Below are positions 20,516 to 27,720 of a stretch of DNA of 64,000 nucleotides, in pieces (position 1 is the stretch's first letter; each line of letters starts with the position of its first letter). Both the position numbers and the translations under genes were made by a program. Origin of the DNA: an uncultured Candidatus Saccharibacteria bacterium (lineage in GTDB: Bacteria > Patescibacteriota > Minisyncoccia > Phycocordibacterales > UBA6899); NCBI GenBank assembly GCA_964469335.1, contig CAYXYK010000002.1:189549-253548 (forward strand), given 5' to 3'. The notes under the pieces were generated by a model that did no database searches, was not told the DNA's origin, and was given only the letters and a program-made list of their open reading frames with translations.

Positions 20516-20731
20516 TTACGAAATTCCGGTCTCGGTACGTCCTCCAAGCGTGTTTGCCAGCGTGAGCACTTCGCCAGCAACTGCAGCATCTCGCGTTCGA
20601 AGGATGATCTTCTTTGTGCTTGTTGCGATCACGTGTTGATACTTCCCGACCGTGAGATTCGCCCACGGTAATGGATGCTCATCTAATAGAGTCTTCACGA
20701 GATCCGAAACAACTAGGATGTAGTTCTGCAT
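20516..20731 (-). CDS. Small hypothetical protein (71 aa)
   Basis: ATG at 20731 is preceded by GGAG 8 nt upstream; the track's upstream extension starts at GTG. Confidence 0.4.
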   Translation of the reverse strand: MQNYILVVSDLVKTLLDEHPLPWANLTVGKYQHVIATSTKKIILRTRDAAVAGEVLTLANTLGGRTETGIS

Positions 20732-20809
20732 GTTCTTCTCCAAAAAGTACACTCTCTATCCGAGAGAATAGAGAGTGTACTCCTACTGTCCTAAAACGCA
20801 ATATGTGGA

Positions 20810-21355
20810 TTACGATGTCGCATCAGCGACTCTGACTACCGTATTCCAATTTCGCGTTGTTACATTCATTCCGAACTCTTTTTCGATGATCGACATCGCT
20901 TCAACAGTACGAGTATCTGGGGACAGGACCAGAACACTCATGACTTCTGTGTCTGTCACTTTGATGATCCTGAACTCCTTATCCTTGGAAATATACGGGA
21001 TAGGAAGCACTGACTCATGCTGTTCGGAGAGATAAGTGACATATAAACGTGTATCTGCAGTGACTTTTATTCCTTTGAACGGATCAGAGTGGAGGAGTTT
21101 CTTTATCTCCGCTGCACTGCGCAGTATGACGTGAACGGAAAATCCGAAAAGTTTCTCAAGGTCAAACTCGATCGCCTCGGTGAGCTTTGCTTTGTCGTCA
21201 TTGTCTGAGAAGAACACCACGTTCCCGGTCGCGAGGATCGTGCTCACGTCTGAAAATCCCATTTTATCGAAAGCGGACTTCAGCTTGGTCATCTGAACCT
21301 GACGTTTCCCGACATTGATCCCTCGAAGAAATGCGACATAATTTGGTGTTGGCAT
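20810..21355 (-). CDS. DUF1697 family protein
   Basis: N-terminus YVAFLRGINVGKRQVQMTKLKSAF and overall length match DUF1697. Confidence 0.7.
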   Translation of the reverse strand: MPTPNYVAFLRGINVGKRQVQMTKLKSAFDKMGFSDVSTILATGNVVFFSDNDDKAKLTEAIEFDLEKLFGFSVHVILRSAAEIKKLLHSDPFKGIKVTADTRLYVTYLSEQHESVLPIPYISKDKEFRIIKVTDTEVMSVLVLSPDTRTVEAMSIIEKEFGMNVTTRNWNTVVRVADATS

Positions 21356-21462
21356 AGGAGTTATATTTGAGGTTTCCCTCTTCGTTATTCGGATACCGCC
21401 TTACCATACAACAGTATCCATTCAGATACTCAGTATACCACGTTATAGCAAGTCAGGCCAGA

Positions 21463-22044
21463 TTATGACTTCTTCTTGGCTACTTTTTTTGCTACTTTCA
21501 CTTTCTTTGAGGCGATGAGGGTCTTCTTTGCAACTACGGACTTCCCTTTCGTCTCCTGCTTCTTCTCAACTCCTTCGAGTTTTACTTGGGGAACTTCATC
21601 TTTTATTGATTCCTTCGTAGACTCCTTCATCTTTGATCCCTCAAGCATCTTGAGGATACGATCCATTTTATATTCAAGATTTGCAAGCTGCTTCTTAACT
21701 TCATCATTGCTTTGGTTGTTTCCACCTTCTCGGGTAGCAGTGCGGAACTCGCGTGGGCGCTCTGTCCTCTGGAAACTACTGTGTCCCCGGGCATCATCCT
21801 TCTTGTCAAAACAGTCCCTGCAAAAAACCGGTCTGTCTCCTGAAGGTCTGAACGGAAGTTCGCAACCCTTTCCGCATGAGGAGCATGTTGCAGGAAAGAG
21901 CTCGGGCCGGCCGCTGCTAAATCCGCCACGATCTCCCCCACGGTCAAAATTCGGTTTTCCACCGAACTTTCTGTCACCTCCGAACTTTGGGCGACCACCA
22001 AAGTCACCACCCTTACTGAACGCGCCCTTTTTGAAGTTTTTCAT
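21463..22044 (-). CDS. Zinc-ribbon protein with an RGG/Gly-Arg-rich N-terminus and a Lys-rich C-tail
   Basis: GGDFGGRPKFGGDRKFGGKPNFDRGGDRGG repeats, then CSSCGKGC...CRDCF (CxxC...CxxC), a coiled-coil segment and KKVKVAKKVAKKKS. The antisense ORF 21476..22060 has low-complexity composition and is rejected. Confidence 0.6.
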   Translation of the reverse strand: MKNFKKGAFSKGGDFGGRPKFGGDRKFGGKPNFDRGGDRGGFSSGRPELFPATCSSCGKGCELPFRPSGDRPVFCRDCFDKKDDARGHSSFQRTERPREFRTATREGGNNQSNDEVKKQLANLEYKMDRILKMLEGSKMKESTKESIKDEVPQVKLEGVEKKQETKGKSVVAKKTLIASKKVKVAKKVAKKKS

Positions 22045-22079
22045 GAGGGGCTATGTATAACACACATTCCCCAAGATAG

Positions 22080-22682
22080 CTAGATTCGGTCTTTGGGTGC
22101 AGCGAATTCGATTGTGCCAAGCATAGCGAGAAAATCCTTATGTATCTCAGCTTCTTCATCCAAATAGGACCCGGAGAGTACGTAGATCTCATCGTTATGA
22201 GCAATAACAACGTTGTCGGTACGATATAGTCCGTCGGTTGCATAGCGTATAGCATTTGCTCCTCCGATCACCAATTCGGCTGGATCGGTGATCTTCATGC
22301 CTATATTGCTGTACAGCTTATGTTCGTTCGCCCAATCCTCAGGTTGTTGTTCGCGATCATTCGCGTAGACTGATAGCGAAATGGTAGGTGGTCCTTCCAT
22401 GGCTACTGCCGCGATCTGCTCTGAATCATCGTTTGTTTTCGAAAGCACGATCATTTTTTTGAGACCCGGGACATTCTCAACTTGGAGTTCCTTCAATCTA
22501 TATCCATTGCCCCCTTCCGGATAACTAAAGGACATCCCCGTATCACTCACAACAAAGACTGTCGTCGAAGCACTTAATGAATTCTGAGCGAATTTGTTTG
22601 ACGGAGTACTTCCGTAATAGAATGTCAGCGCGGCAGCAAAAAGCGAAAGTGATGCGAGTACAAGGTAGGAATGTTTATTCAT
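22080..22682 (-). CDS. Hypothetical secreted protein
   Basis: Signal peptide MNKHSYLVLASLSLFAAALT with no recognisable domain. Confidence 0.55.
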   Translation of the reverse strand: MNKHSYLVLASLSLFAAALTFYYGSTPSNKFAQNSLSASTTVFVVSDTGMSFSYPEGGNGYRLKELQVENVPGLKKMIVLSKTNDDSEQIAAVAMEGPPTISLSVYANDREQQPEDWANEHKLYSNIGMKITDPAELVIGGANAIRYATDGLYRTDNVVIAHNDEIYVLSGSYLDEEAEIHKDFLAMLGTIEFAAPKDRI

Positions 22683-22766
22683 TCGCTCATTTTACAAAGC
22701 GTTACACCTCCATACAACTAGACGTTGCTGAAGTCATGTTTCATTGCTCGCAATTCGGCTGGTATA

Positions 22767-23543
22767 ATGTCTCTCATGGAACCCATCCATGCCCTGATTT
22801 TAGGTATTATCGAAGGAATCACCGAATTCCTACCAATATCATCGACCGGACATCTTATCCTTGCCGGGGAGATATTGCACATACCCTCGACAGAATTCCA
22901 GAAAAGTTTCGATATCATCATTCAATTAGGAGCGATACTTTCTGTTATTGTTCTTTACTGGAACATACTATGGGACCTCGACGTCATCAAGAAGCTATTC
23001 GTCGCGTTCATCCCGACAGGTGTGATCGGGCTTCTTTTATACAAAACTGTCAAAATTTATCTCCTCGGTGATCAGGTTGTTGTCCTTGGTTCCTTACTCC
23101 TCGGAGGCATAGCACTTATCGCTTTTGAGCTCTGGCATAAAGAATCCACTGCTGCAACAGCATCGATCAAGGGAATATCCTACCGACAAGCCGCACTTAT
23201 CGGAGTGTTCCAATCACTCGCTATCATTCCAGGTCTTTCGCGCTCTGCGGCAACAATAGTCGGTGGACTACTTCTTGGACTCAGGAGGGCAACGATTGTC
23301 GAATTTTCCTTTTTACTCGCAGTCCCTACGATGCTCGCCGCCAGCTCACTTGATATCCTTAAGAATTACCAATCATTCTCATCTGACCAAATAGGCATAC
23401 TTTCGATCGGGTTCATTACGTCATTCGTCGTGGCACTACTCAGCATCAAATTTCTGCTCGGTTATATCCGAAAACACAATTTCATCCCGTTCGGAGTCTA
23501 TCGAATCCTGGCAGCTATGCTTTTCTGGCTCCTTGTACTTTAA
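22767..23543 (+). CDS. uppP: Undecaprenyl-diphosphatase
   Basis: MSLMEPIHALILGIIEGITEFLPISSTGH and the rest match UppP/BacA. The track ORF begins at an upstream TTG, so the start is set at ATG 22767. Confidence 0.85.
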   Translation: MSLMEPIHALILGIIEGITEFLPISSTGHLILAGEILHIPSTEFQKSFDIIIQLGAILSVIVLYWNILWDLDVIKKLFVAFIPTGVIGLLLYKTVKIYLLGDQVVVLGSLLLGGIALIAFELWHKESTAATASIKGISYRQAALIGVFQSLAIIPGLSRSAATIVGGLLLGLRRATIVEFSFLLAVPTMLAASSLDILKNYQSFSSDQIGILSIGFITSFVVALLSIKFLLGYIRKHNFIPFGVYRILAAMLFWLLVL

Positions 23544-23558
23544 ATGAAATTCGTTTCG

Positions 23559-23765
23559 TCATTGATTTTTCTGATTCTCATTCCATATGACGAGTGTGTT
23601 CACTGGTGACTTCTCTCCGATATATCCGCCGCCACGGGCCTTGTACAAGAGTACCGCCTGCTGCATCGCACGTGCAGAGAACTTTCCTGCCTTCGCTATT
23701 GCTTCGCTTTTACACGCTTCCCAGAGCTCGGGGTGGGTACGAATGATGTTCAGTTTCTTAGCCAT
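23559..23765 (-). CDS. Small hypothetical protein (68 aa)
   Basis: ORF of protein-like composition between uppP and tRNA-Gln with no obvious SD. Weak call. Confidence 0.35.
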   Translation of the reverse strand: MAKKLNIIRTHPELWEACKSEAIAKAGKFSARAMQQAVLLYKARGGGYIGEKSPVNTLVIWNENQKNQ

Positions 23766-23836
23766 TGTCTAAGTTTATTGAAAACTATTGGAAAAATGTT
23801 ATGATGCACGTCATTGCTCCAAAGCGGCAATGAAAT

Positions 23837-23907
23837 TGGGAGATCGTCTAATGGTAGGACAGCGGCCTTTGAAGCCGTTAATCTTGGTCCGATTCCAAGT
23901 CTCCCAG
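23837..23907 (+). tRNA. tRNA-Gln (anticodon UUG)
   Basis: Manual fold: acceptor TGGGAGA/TCTCCCA (U1:A72, G73 discriminator as in bacterial tRNA-Gln), D-loop with GG, anticodon stem GCGGC/GCCGT with loop CTTTGAA (anticodon TTG), T-arm CTTGG/CCAAG. No encoded CCA. Confidence 0.75.
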
Positions 23908-23911
23908 CAAA

Positions 23912-24949
23912 CTACTTTTTCTCGCTTGTAGTCCGAATAAGAGCGAGCTCAAGAGGAAGAGACGGTATTACGCTCCATCCGATATCGTGCGATGCATGGA
24001 TGAATTCAGAAAGCACATGAGAGTTAATACGCTTCTCTTTTGAGGAAGCTAGCTCTTTGATCAGCGTCATATCATCTGGAGGAAATTCGTCTTTCAGTGT
24101 TACCTCCATGTTTGGTGCATAGCGAAGCAATAATATCGCACGCATCTTGGCAAGCAGCATCTTCAGGTAGACTTTCATGTCGATGCGCTCTTCACTCGCC
24201 TTTTTGAGCGCTTCGAGTCCCCCTGCAGGATCACCTGCTTCGATCGAGCGGACCACGCTATTCACCAGATCATGTGTCGGAGCACCAACCACTCTGGCTA
24301 CGGTATCGAGCTCGATCTTTCCTCCTTCTGCTGAGATGAGCACTTTTTCGAGCACAGAAAGAGTATCGCGATACGAACCATCACCGAACATCGCCACGAT
24401 ATCCGCAGAAGGTACGTCGAGTTTTATCTTTTCCTTTTTCGCTATCTCGATCGCATATTCTTTGAGCTCTATGAGCGCTGGTTGTTTGAACGTAAATGTC
24501 TGGCAACGTGAAATGATGGTCTCGGGAACCTTCTCACGGTCTGTGGTCGCAAGAACGAAAATGACATGTGCGGGAGGCTCCTCAAGAGTCTTGAGGAGTG
24601 CATTGAAAGCTTCTTTGGTGAGCATATGCACCTCATCGATAATATAGACTTTATATGGTGACTCAAACGGCATAGTTGAGACTCCTTCGCGTAGCTCACG
24701 GATGTCATCGATACCACGGTTCGAAGCAGCGTCGAGTTCATAAAGGTCAGAAGGCTTACACCCTATCTCTGCGGCAAAAATGCGTGCAACCGTAGTTTTT
24801 CCAGTTCCTCTTCCCCCTGAGAAAAGATACGCATGGGAAATGTTCTTATCCTTGATCGCACGAAGGAGTGTCGAGACAATCTCGTCCTGCCCACGAACGT
24901 CAGCAAACTCTTTTGGGCGGTATTTACGATACAAAGCTAATTCAGACAT
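23912..24949 (-). CDS. dnaX: DNA polymerase III subunit gamma/tau
   Basis: MSELALYRKYRPKEFADVRGQDEIV..., Walker A GGRGTGKTT, Walker B YIIDEVHML and sensor SRCQ. Start set at the internal ATG 24949; the track ORF extends upstream. Confidence 0.85.
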   Translation of the reverse strand: MSELALYRKYRPKEFADVRGQDEIVSTLLRAIKDKNISHAYLFSGGRGTGKTTVARIFAAEIGCKPSDLYELDAASNRGIDDIRELREGVSTMPFESPYKVYIIDEVHMLTKEAFNALLKTLEEPPAHVIFVLATTDREKVPETIISRCQTFTFKQPALIELKEYAIEIAKKEKIKLDVPSADIVAMFGDGSYRDTLSVLEKVLISAEGGKIELDTVARVVGAPTHDLVNSVVRSIEAGDPAGGLEALKKASEERIDMKVYLKMLLAKMRAILLLRYAPNMEVTLKDEFPPDDMTLIKELASSKEKRINSHVLSEFIHASHDIGWSVIPSLPLELALIRTTSEKK

Positions 24950-24979
24950 AAAAAGGATTATACAGTATTTTACGCATGA

Positions 24980-25007
24980 AAAAAGGCACTCTTTCGAGCG
25001 CCCGAAG
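24980..25007 (-). terminator. Rho-independent terminator (GGGCGCTC-GAAA-GAGTGCC + U6) ending the ffs-like RNA just upstream of the dnaX promoter
   Basis: Minus strand reads GGGCGCUCGAAAGAGUGCCUUUUUU, followed by TATAAT and then the dnaX start. Confidence 0.7.
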
Positions 25008-25168
25008 GGGTGCGACAATCCCTGCTGTGGTACCAAGGTTACCGCTTACTTCCGAAGTGGGTCATTAGCTGGCCAGGCATGTAGGCCCAGAGTGTGGGTT
25101 GCAAGACTCGACCAAGGTGGATGCTTTCCATGGAAAAGTCCCGGTTACAGCAAAGTGTGTCGCACCAC
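24980..25168 (-). ncRNA. ffs: Putative SRP RNA (ffs)-like small structured RNA
   Basis: It lies directly upstream of dnaX on the same strand, the classic ffs-dnaX linkage. It has its own sigma70-like promoter (TTGACC-17-TAATAT) and an intrinsic terminator. The ~150-nt body has 5' GGUGCGACA...GCUGU pairing with 3' ACAGC...UGUCGCACC (closing helix) and an internal hairpin GGGACUUUUCCAUGGAAAGCAUCC. The segment GCCUGGCCAGCUAA...CUUCGGAAGUAAGCGG resembles SRP helix-5/8 sequence. A canonical GNRA domain-IV tetraloop is not evident, so the identity is tentative. Confidence 0.45.
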
Positions 25169-25173
25169 TCGAG

Positions 25174-25202
25174 ATATTACGAGACAATGATGATTCGGTC
25201 AA
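25174..25202 (-). promoter_or_regulatory. Sigma70-type promoter for the ffs-like RNA (TTGACC-17 nt-TAATAT)
   Basis: Minus strand reads TTGACCgaatcatcattgtctcgTAATATctcgagtG. The -35 hexamer overlaps the U-tract of the upstream terminator. Confidence 0.5.
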
Positions 25203-25410
25203 TAAAAAGGCACCTCGTGTAAGGGGCCTTGCAGTGGAACGCGATGTCCCGAGAACGACGAACGCGGTAACGTTCGTGCGTGTCAGCATATATTAGCCGA
25301 AGAACTGTTGAGGCTCTGCGACGATTTTCGCCTTGTTGAGGCGAGAATTCCAGTCCGGTGAGACTGGATTTTCTGACACTGCATTCGAAACTCGAAACAT
25401 CTCGTCCTTC
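25203..25410 (-). ncRNA. Candidate 6S-like (SsrS-like) or other rod-shaped sRNA; alternatively a 35-codon small ORF
   Basis: Bounded by the promoter TTGACA-16 nt-TAGGAT (25414..25442) and a terminator GGCCCCUU-ACAC-GAGGUGCC+U5 (25203..25232). The 5' end GCAGAAGGACGAGAUGUUUCGAG pairs with the 3' end CUCGGGACAUCGCGUUCCACUGC in ~19 of 23 positions, and an inner GUGUCAG/CUGACAC helix gives a rod with central hairpins. A 35-aa ORF (MFRVSNAVSENPVSPDWNSRLNKAKIVAEPQQFFG) is also present. Confidence 0.35.
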
Positions 25411-25413
25411 TGC

Positions 25414-25442
25414 ATCCTAGCTTGAAAACCTATTCTGTCAAA
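25414..25442 (-). promoter_or_regulatory. Sigma70-type promoter TTGACA-16-TAGGAT driving the 6S-like RNA
   Basis: Minus strand reads TTGACAgaataggttttcaagcTAGGAT. Confidence 0.45.
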
Positions 25443-25477
25443 CTCCCCCTGTTCGTGCCCTGGAGTTTTAATTCTTA

Positions 25478-25753
25478 CTAGATACCTGTCTTCTGAAGAT
25501 CGGAAGCCACTTCGCAGACGTGCTTGCCATTGTGCGGTTCACAAAGTTCATGCAATGCATCGTTCTCCTTTTCATTCTCACCGTGGCAGCAGTTGCTCTT
25601 TGATTTCCCGCAAGGGCATTTCCCTTCTTTGTCGAACACGATCCCCTCAGGAGGGAGCGAGCAGGTTTCCTTACCTTCGGATACTTGTGCGCACGCACAG
25701 TTCCCTCCGCAGCCGACGAACTCCTTTTGATCATCATTTTTTGACATGAACAT
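25478..25753 (-). CDS. Small Cys-rich putative metal-binding protein (91 aa)
   Basis: MFMSKNDDQKEFVGCGGNCACAQ...CSLPPEGIVFDKEGKCPCGKSKSNCCHGENEKENDALHELCEPHNGKHVC: 14 Cys in CxC, CxxC and CC arrangements. Followed by a hairpin terminator. The overlapping Arg/Ser-rich ORF 25468..25737 is rejected. Confidence 0.55.
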   Translation of the reverse strand: MFMSKNDDQKEFVGCGGNCACAQVSEGKETCSLPPEGIVFDKEGKCPCGKSKSNCCHGENEKENDALHELCEPHNGKHVCEVASDLQKTGI

Positions 25754-25775
25754 AAATTAGCACGAATGAAGAAAC

Positions 25776-25802
25776 GAAGCGAGCCCCAATGGGGCTCGCT
25801 TC
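25776..25802 (-). terminator. Intrinsic terminator hairpin (GAAGCGAGCCCC-AAT-GGGGCTCGCTTC) after the 25824..26276 gene
   Basis: Perfect 12-bp stem followed by a U-rich tract on the minus strand. Confidence 0.6.
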
Positions 25803-25823
25803 GTAGAGAATATCCTATTATGG

Positions 25824-26276
25824 TTATTTCTTCGTCTTTTTCGCCGCTTTTTTTGCTGTTGCCTTCGCAACAACTTTCTTACCTGTTGCGACAGCTTTCT
25901 TGGTTGCTTTCTTCACTACTTTCATCTCTTTCGCTCCAACACGATTGAGTTCTGCTGAGACATGTTTCCAGTTTGTCTTCAGTTCCCTTGCGGCACTAGC
26001 AAGATCTGCCTGATCTATCGACTTTACCTTGTCGTATGCACGCATTGATTCATCGACGATGGTCTTCCATGCCTTTTCATCGAGCTTTTGAAGTTTCTTT
26101 GCCTTTTTCATTGCATCAGCCTGGAGTGATTGCGCCCACTTTGCCGCTTTCTTGCGATGCTTGGTCGCATCTTTACTTCCGAAAAAGAAATAACCGGCAC
26201 CTGCCGCCGCAGCCGCTGCGAGTCCGAGTCCTACACCTAGTGCAACCTTTTTCTTACTTACTGGTTTTTTTGCCAT
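25824..26276 (-). CDS. Hypothetical membrane-anchored protein with Lys/Ala-rich (histone-H1-like) repeats
   Basis: MAKKPVSKKKVALGVGLGLAAAAAAGAGYFFF (TM helix), then a helical domain and the tail KKATKKAVATGKKVVAKATAKKAAKKTKK. Confidence 0.55.
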   Translation of the reverse strand: MAKKPVSKKKVALGVGLGLAAAAAAGAGYFFFGSKDATKHRKKAAKWAQSLQADAMKKAKKLQKLDEKAWKTIVDESMRAYDKVKSIDQADLASAARELKTNWKHVSAELNRVGAKEMKVVKKATKKAVATGKKVVAKATAKKAAKKTKK

Positions 26277-26311
26277 GTTGTTTTGCGTTTAAACTATTAT
26301 TAATATCTTTC

Positions 26312-26608
26312 TCAGACTTCATCCTTTTTACTTCTGGACCTCTTTCGGTCCCTCATTCCAAGGAAAAAATCCATAAGGTGGGTGATCCGCATGCCTTCCG
26401 CGCGAGCTTTCTCCCGAAGGACCTGCACATCCTTTCGAACACTGTCGCTTTCCTCTGAGACATTTCGTGCGACATGATCAACACTGCGTAGAATGCGGAT
26501 CATGTAATAGAGCGCGACCATTCCCATGATTCCAAAAAAGAACACAACCATGGTGGTCACTGCAAAGAAGATGTCCATTTTCAAGAACTCGCTCATATAC
26601 AAGTTCAT
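26312..26608 (-). CDS. Small membrane protein (98 aa)
   Basis: MNLYMSEFLKMDIFFAVTTMVVFFFGIMGMVALYYMIRIL... followed by a charged C-terminal helix. Start placed downstream of the dusB stop; the track ORF overlaps dusB. Confidence 0.5.
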   Translation of the reverse strand: MNLYMSEFLKMDIFFAVTTMVVFFFGIMGMVALYYMIRILRSVDHVARNVSEESDSVRKDVQVLREKARAEGMRITHLMDFFLGMRDRKRSRSKKDEV

Positions 26609-26648
26609 TATACTCTTCTTCGATTTTCTCGCGCAAGCTAACTGAGTC

Positions 26649-27644
26649 TCAATTCTGTGTTTTTGATGAAATGAATTCCTGGACACCTCGTGCGACCGCA
26701 TCTGAGTCATCTGCTTCCATCAGCTTCATCCGAAGTTCCTTCGCACCGTCAAACCCGTTCACATAAGCTTTATAGTGTTTTTTCATCGTTGCAAAGTTCT
26801 TGATGTCACCGAGCAGTTCTTCGAATAGTTTTGTGTGCTCAAGCATCACATTGAAGCGATCCTCGAGCGAGATATCCGCAACATCGATAGTGGGATTGAA
26901 CCGCCAGGGGTTCCCAAAGATTCCACGCCCAATCATCACACCGTCAGCTCCGCTCAGAGATGCTTTTTCCTTTGCATCAGAGAGGTCCTTCACGTCACCA
27001 TTGCCAATGATCAGCGTGCCAGTTCCCTTTGCTATTTCAACGGCACGTTGCACATGCTCCCAGCGTGCGGGAACATCGGACATTTCTTTCCGGGTGCGGG
27101 CGTGAATGGTGACCGCCGCAGGTTTGGCACTGAGCAGCTTCGGAAGCCAATCTTCGAGTTCTACTTTGTTGTATCCGACGCGCGTTTTCACAGAGACCGG
27201 AATCCGTTTATTCTCCTTTTGCGCACCATCGATCGTCGCTCGGATCACCTCAAGAGCAAGTTCTGGGGTTTTTATCATTCCTGCGCCACCACCTTGCTTT
27301 TCGACGTTCCTATCAGGACATCCCATATTGATGTCGATTCCGTCGAATCCGAGCTCAACCAATAGCTGTGCTACTTTGAAGAAGTTCTCTGGCTTCGAGC
27401 CAAAGATCTGCGCAACAATAGGCCTCTCGGCTTCAGTATAGAGAAGGTCACGCATGAGCGTATCACGTCCTGGGGAGAGTAGCCCGTCAACAGCAACGAA
27501 TTCCGTCCAAGTTACGTCCGGCTTACCGTACTTTGCTATGACCCTCCTGAATGCTGCGTCGGTCACATCGGCCATCGGTGCAAGCACGAAGAATGGACGA
27601 GGGAGTTTTTCCCAAAATCCGAGATAAGGCGTGGATTCAGACAT
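26649..27644 (-). CDS. dusB: tRNA-dihydrouridine synthase (DusB family)
   Basis: FVLAPMADVTDAAFR, GFDGIDINMGCP and the conserved Lys/His/Arg pattern of Dus enzymes; 331 aa. Confidence 0.85.
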   Translation of the reverse strand: MSESTPYLGFWEKLPRPFFVLAPMADVTDAAFRRVIAKYGKPDVTWTEFVAVDGLLSPGRDTLMRDLLYTEAERPIVAQIFGSKPENFFKVAQLLVELGFDGIDINMGCPDRNVEKQGGGAGMIKTPELALEVIRATIDGAQKENKRIPVSVKTRVGYNKVELEDWLPKLLSAKPAAVTIHARTRKEMSDVPARWEHVQRAVEIAKGTGTLIIGNGDVKDLSDAKEKASLSGADGVMIGRGIFGNPWRFNPTIDVADISLEDRFNVMLEHTKLFEELLGDIKNFATMKKHYKAYVNGFDGAKELRMKLMEADDSDAVARGVQEFISSKTQN

Positions 27645-27720
27645 GTCTAGGACAGCATATTCGAGTTTATTTAAGAATTCAAGCAGTGTGTTTTACGAAT
27701 ACTGACTGTATAGACGAACA

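Noticed and set aside
21476-22060. 194-aa plus-strand ORF
   Set aside because: Antisense of the Zn-ribbon/RGG gene, with Phe/Ser/Pro-rich low-complexity translation. The minus-strand product has clear CxxC motifs.
25040-25440. RNase P RNA (rnpB) reading of the dnaX-upstream region, prompted by plus-strand GGAAAAGTCCCGG (P4-like) and GCGGTAACGTTCGTGCG (P11/12-like) matches
   Set aside because: No complementary P4 3' strand (CCGGGACUU-type) exists on the same strand. The two motifs fall in different, oppositely transcribed promoter/terminator units. The region instead resolves into two minus-strand small RNAs (ffs-like and 6S-like).
25468-25737. 89-aa minus-strand ORF overlapping the Cys-rich gene in another frame
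   Set aside because: Arg/Ser/Ala-rich shadow frame. The alternative frame encodes a coherent 14-Cys protein.
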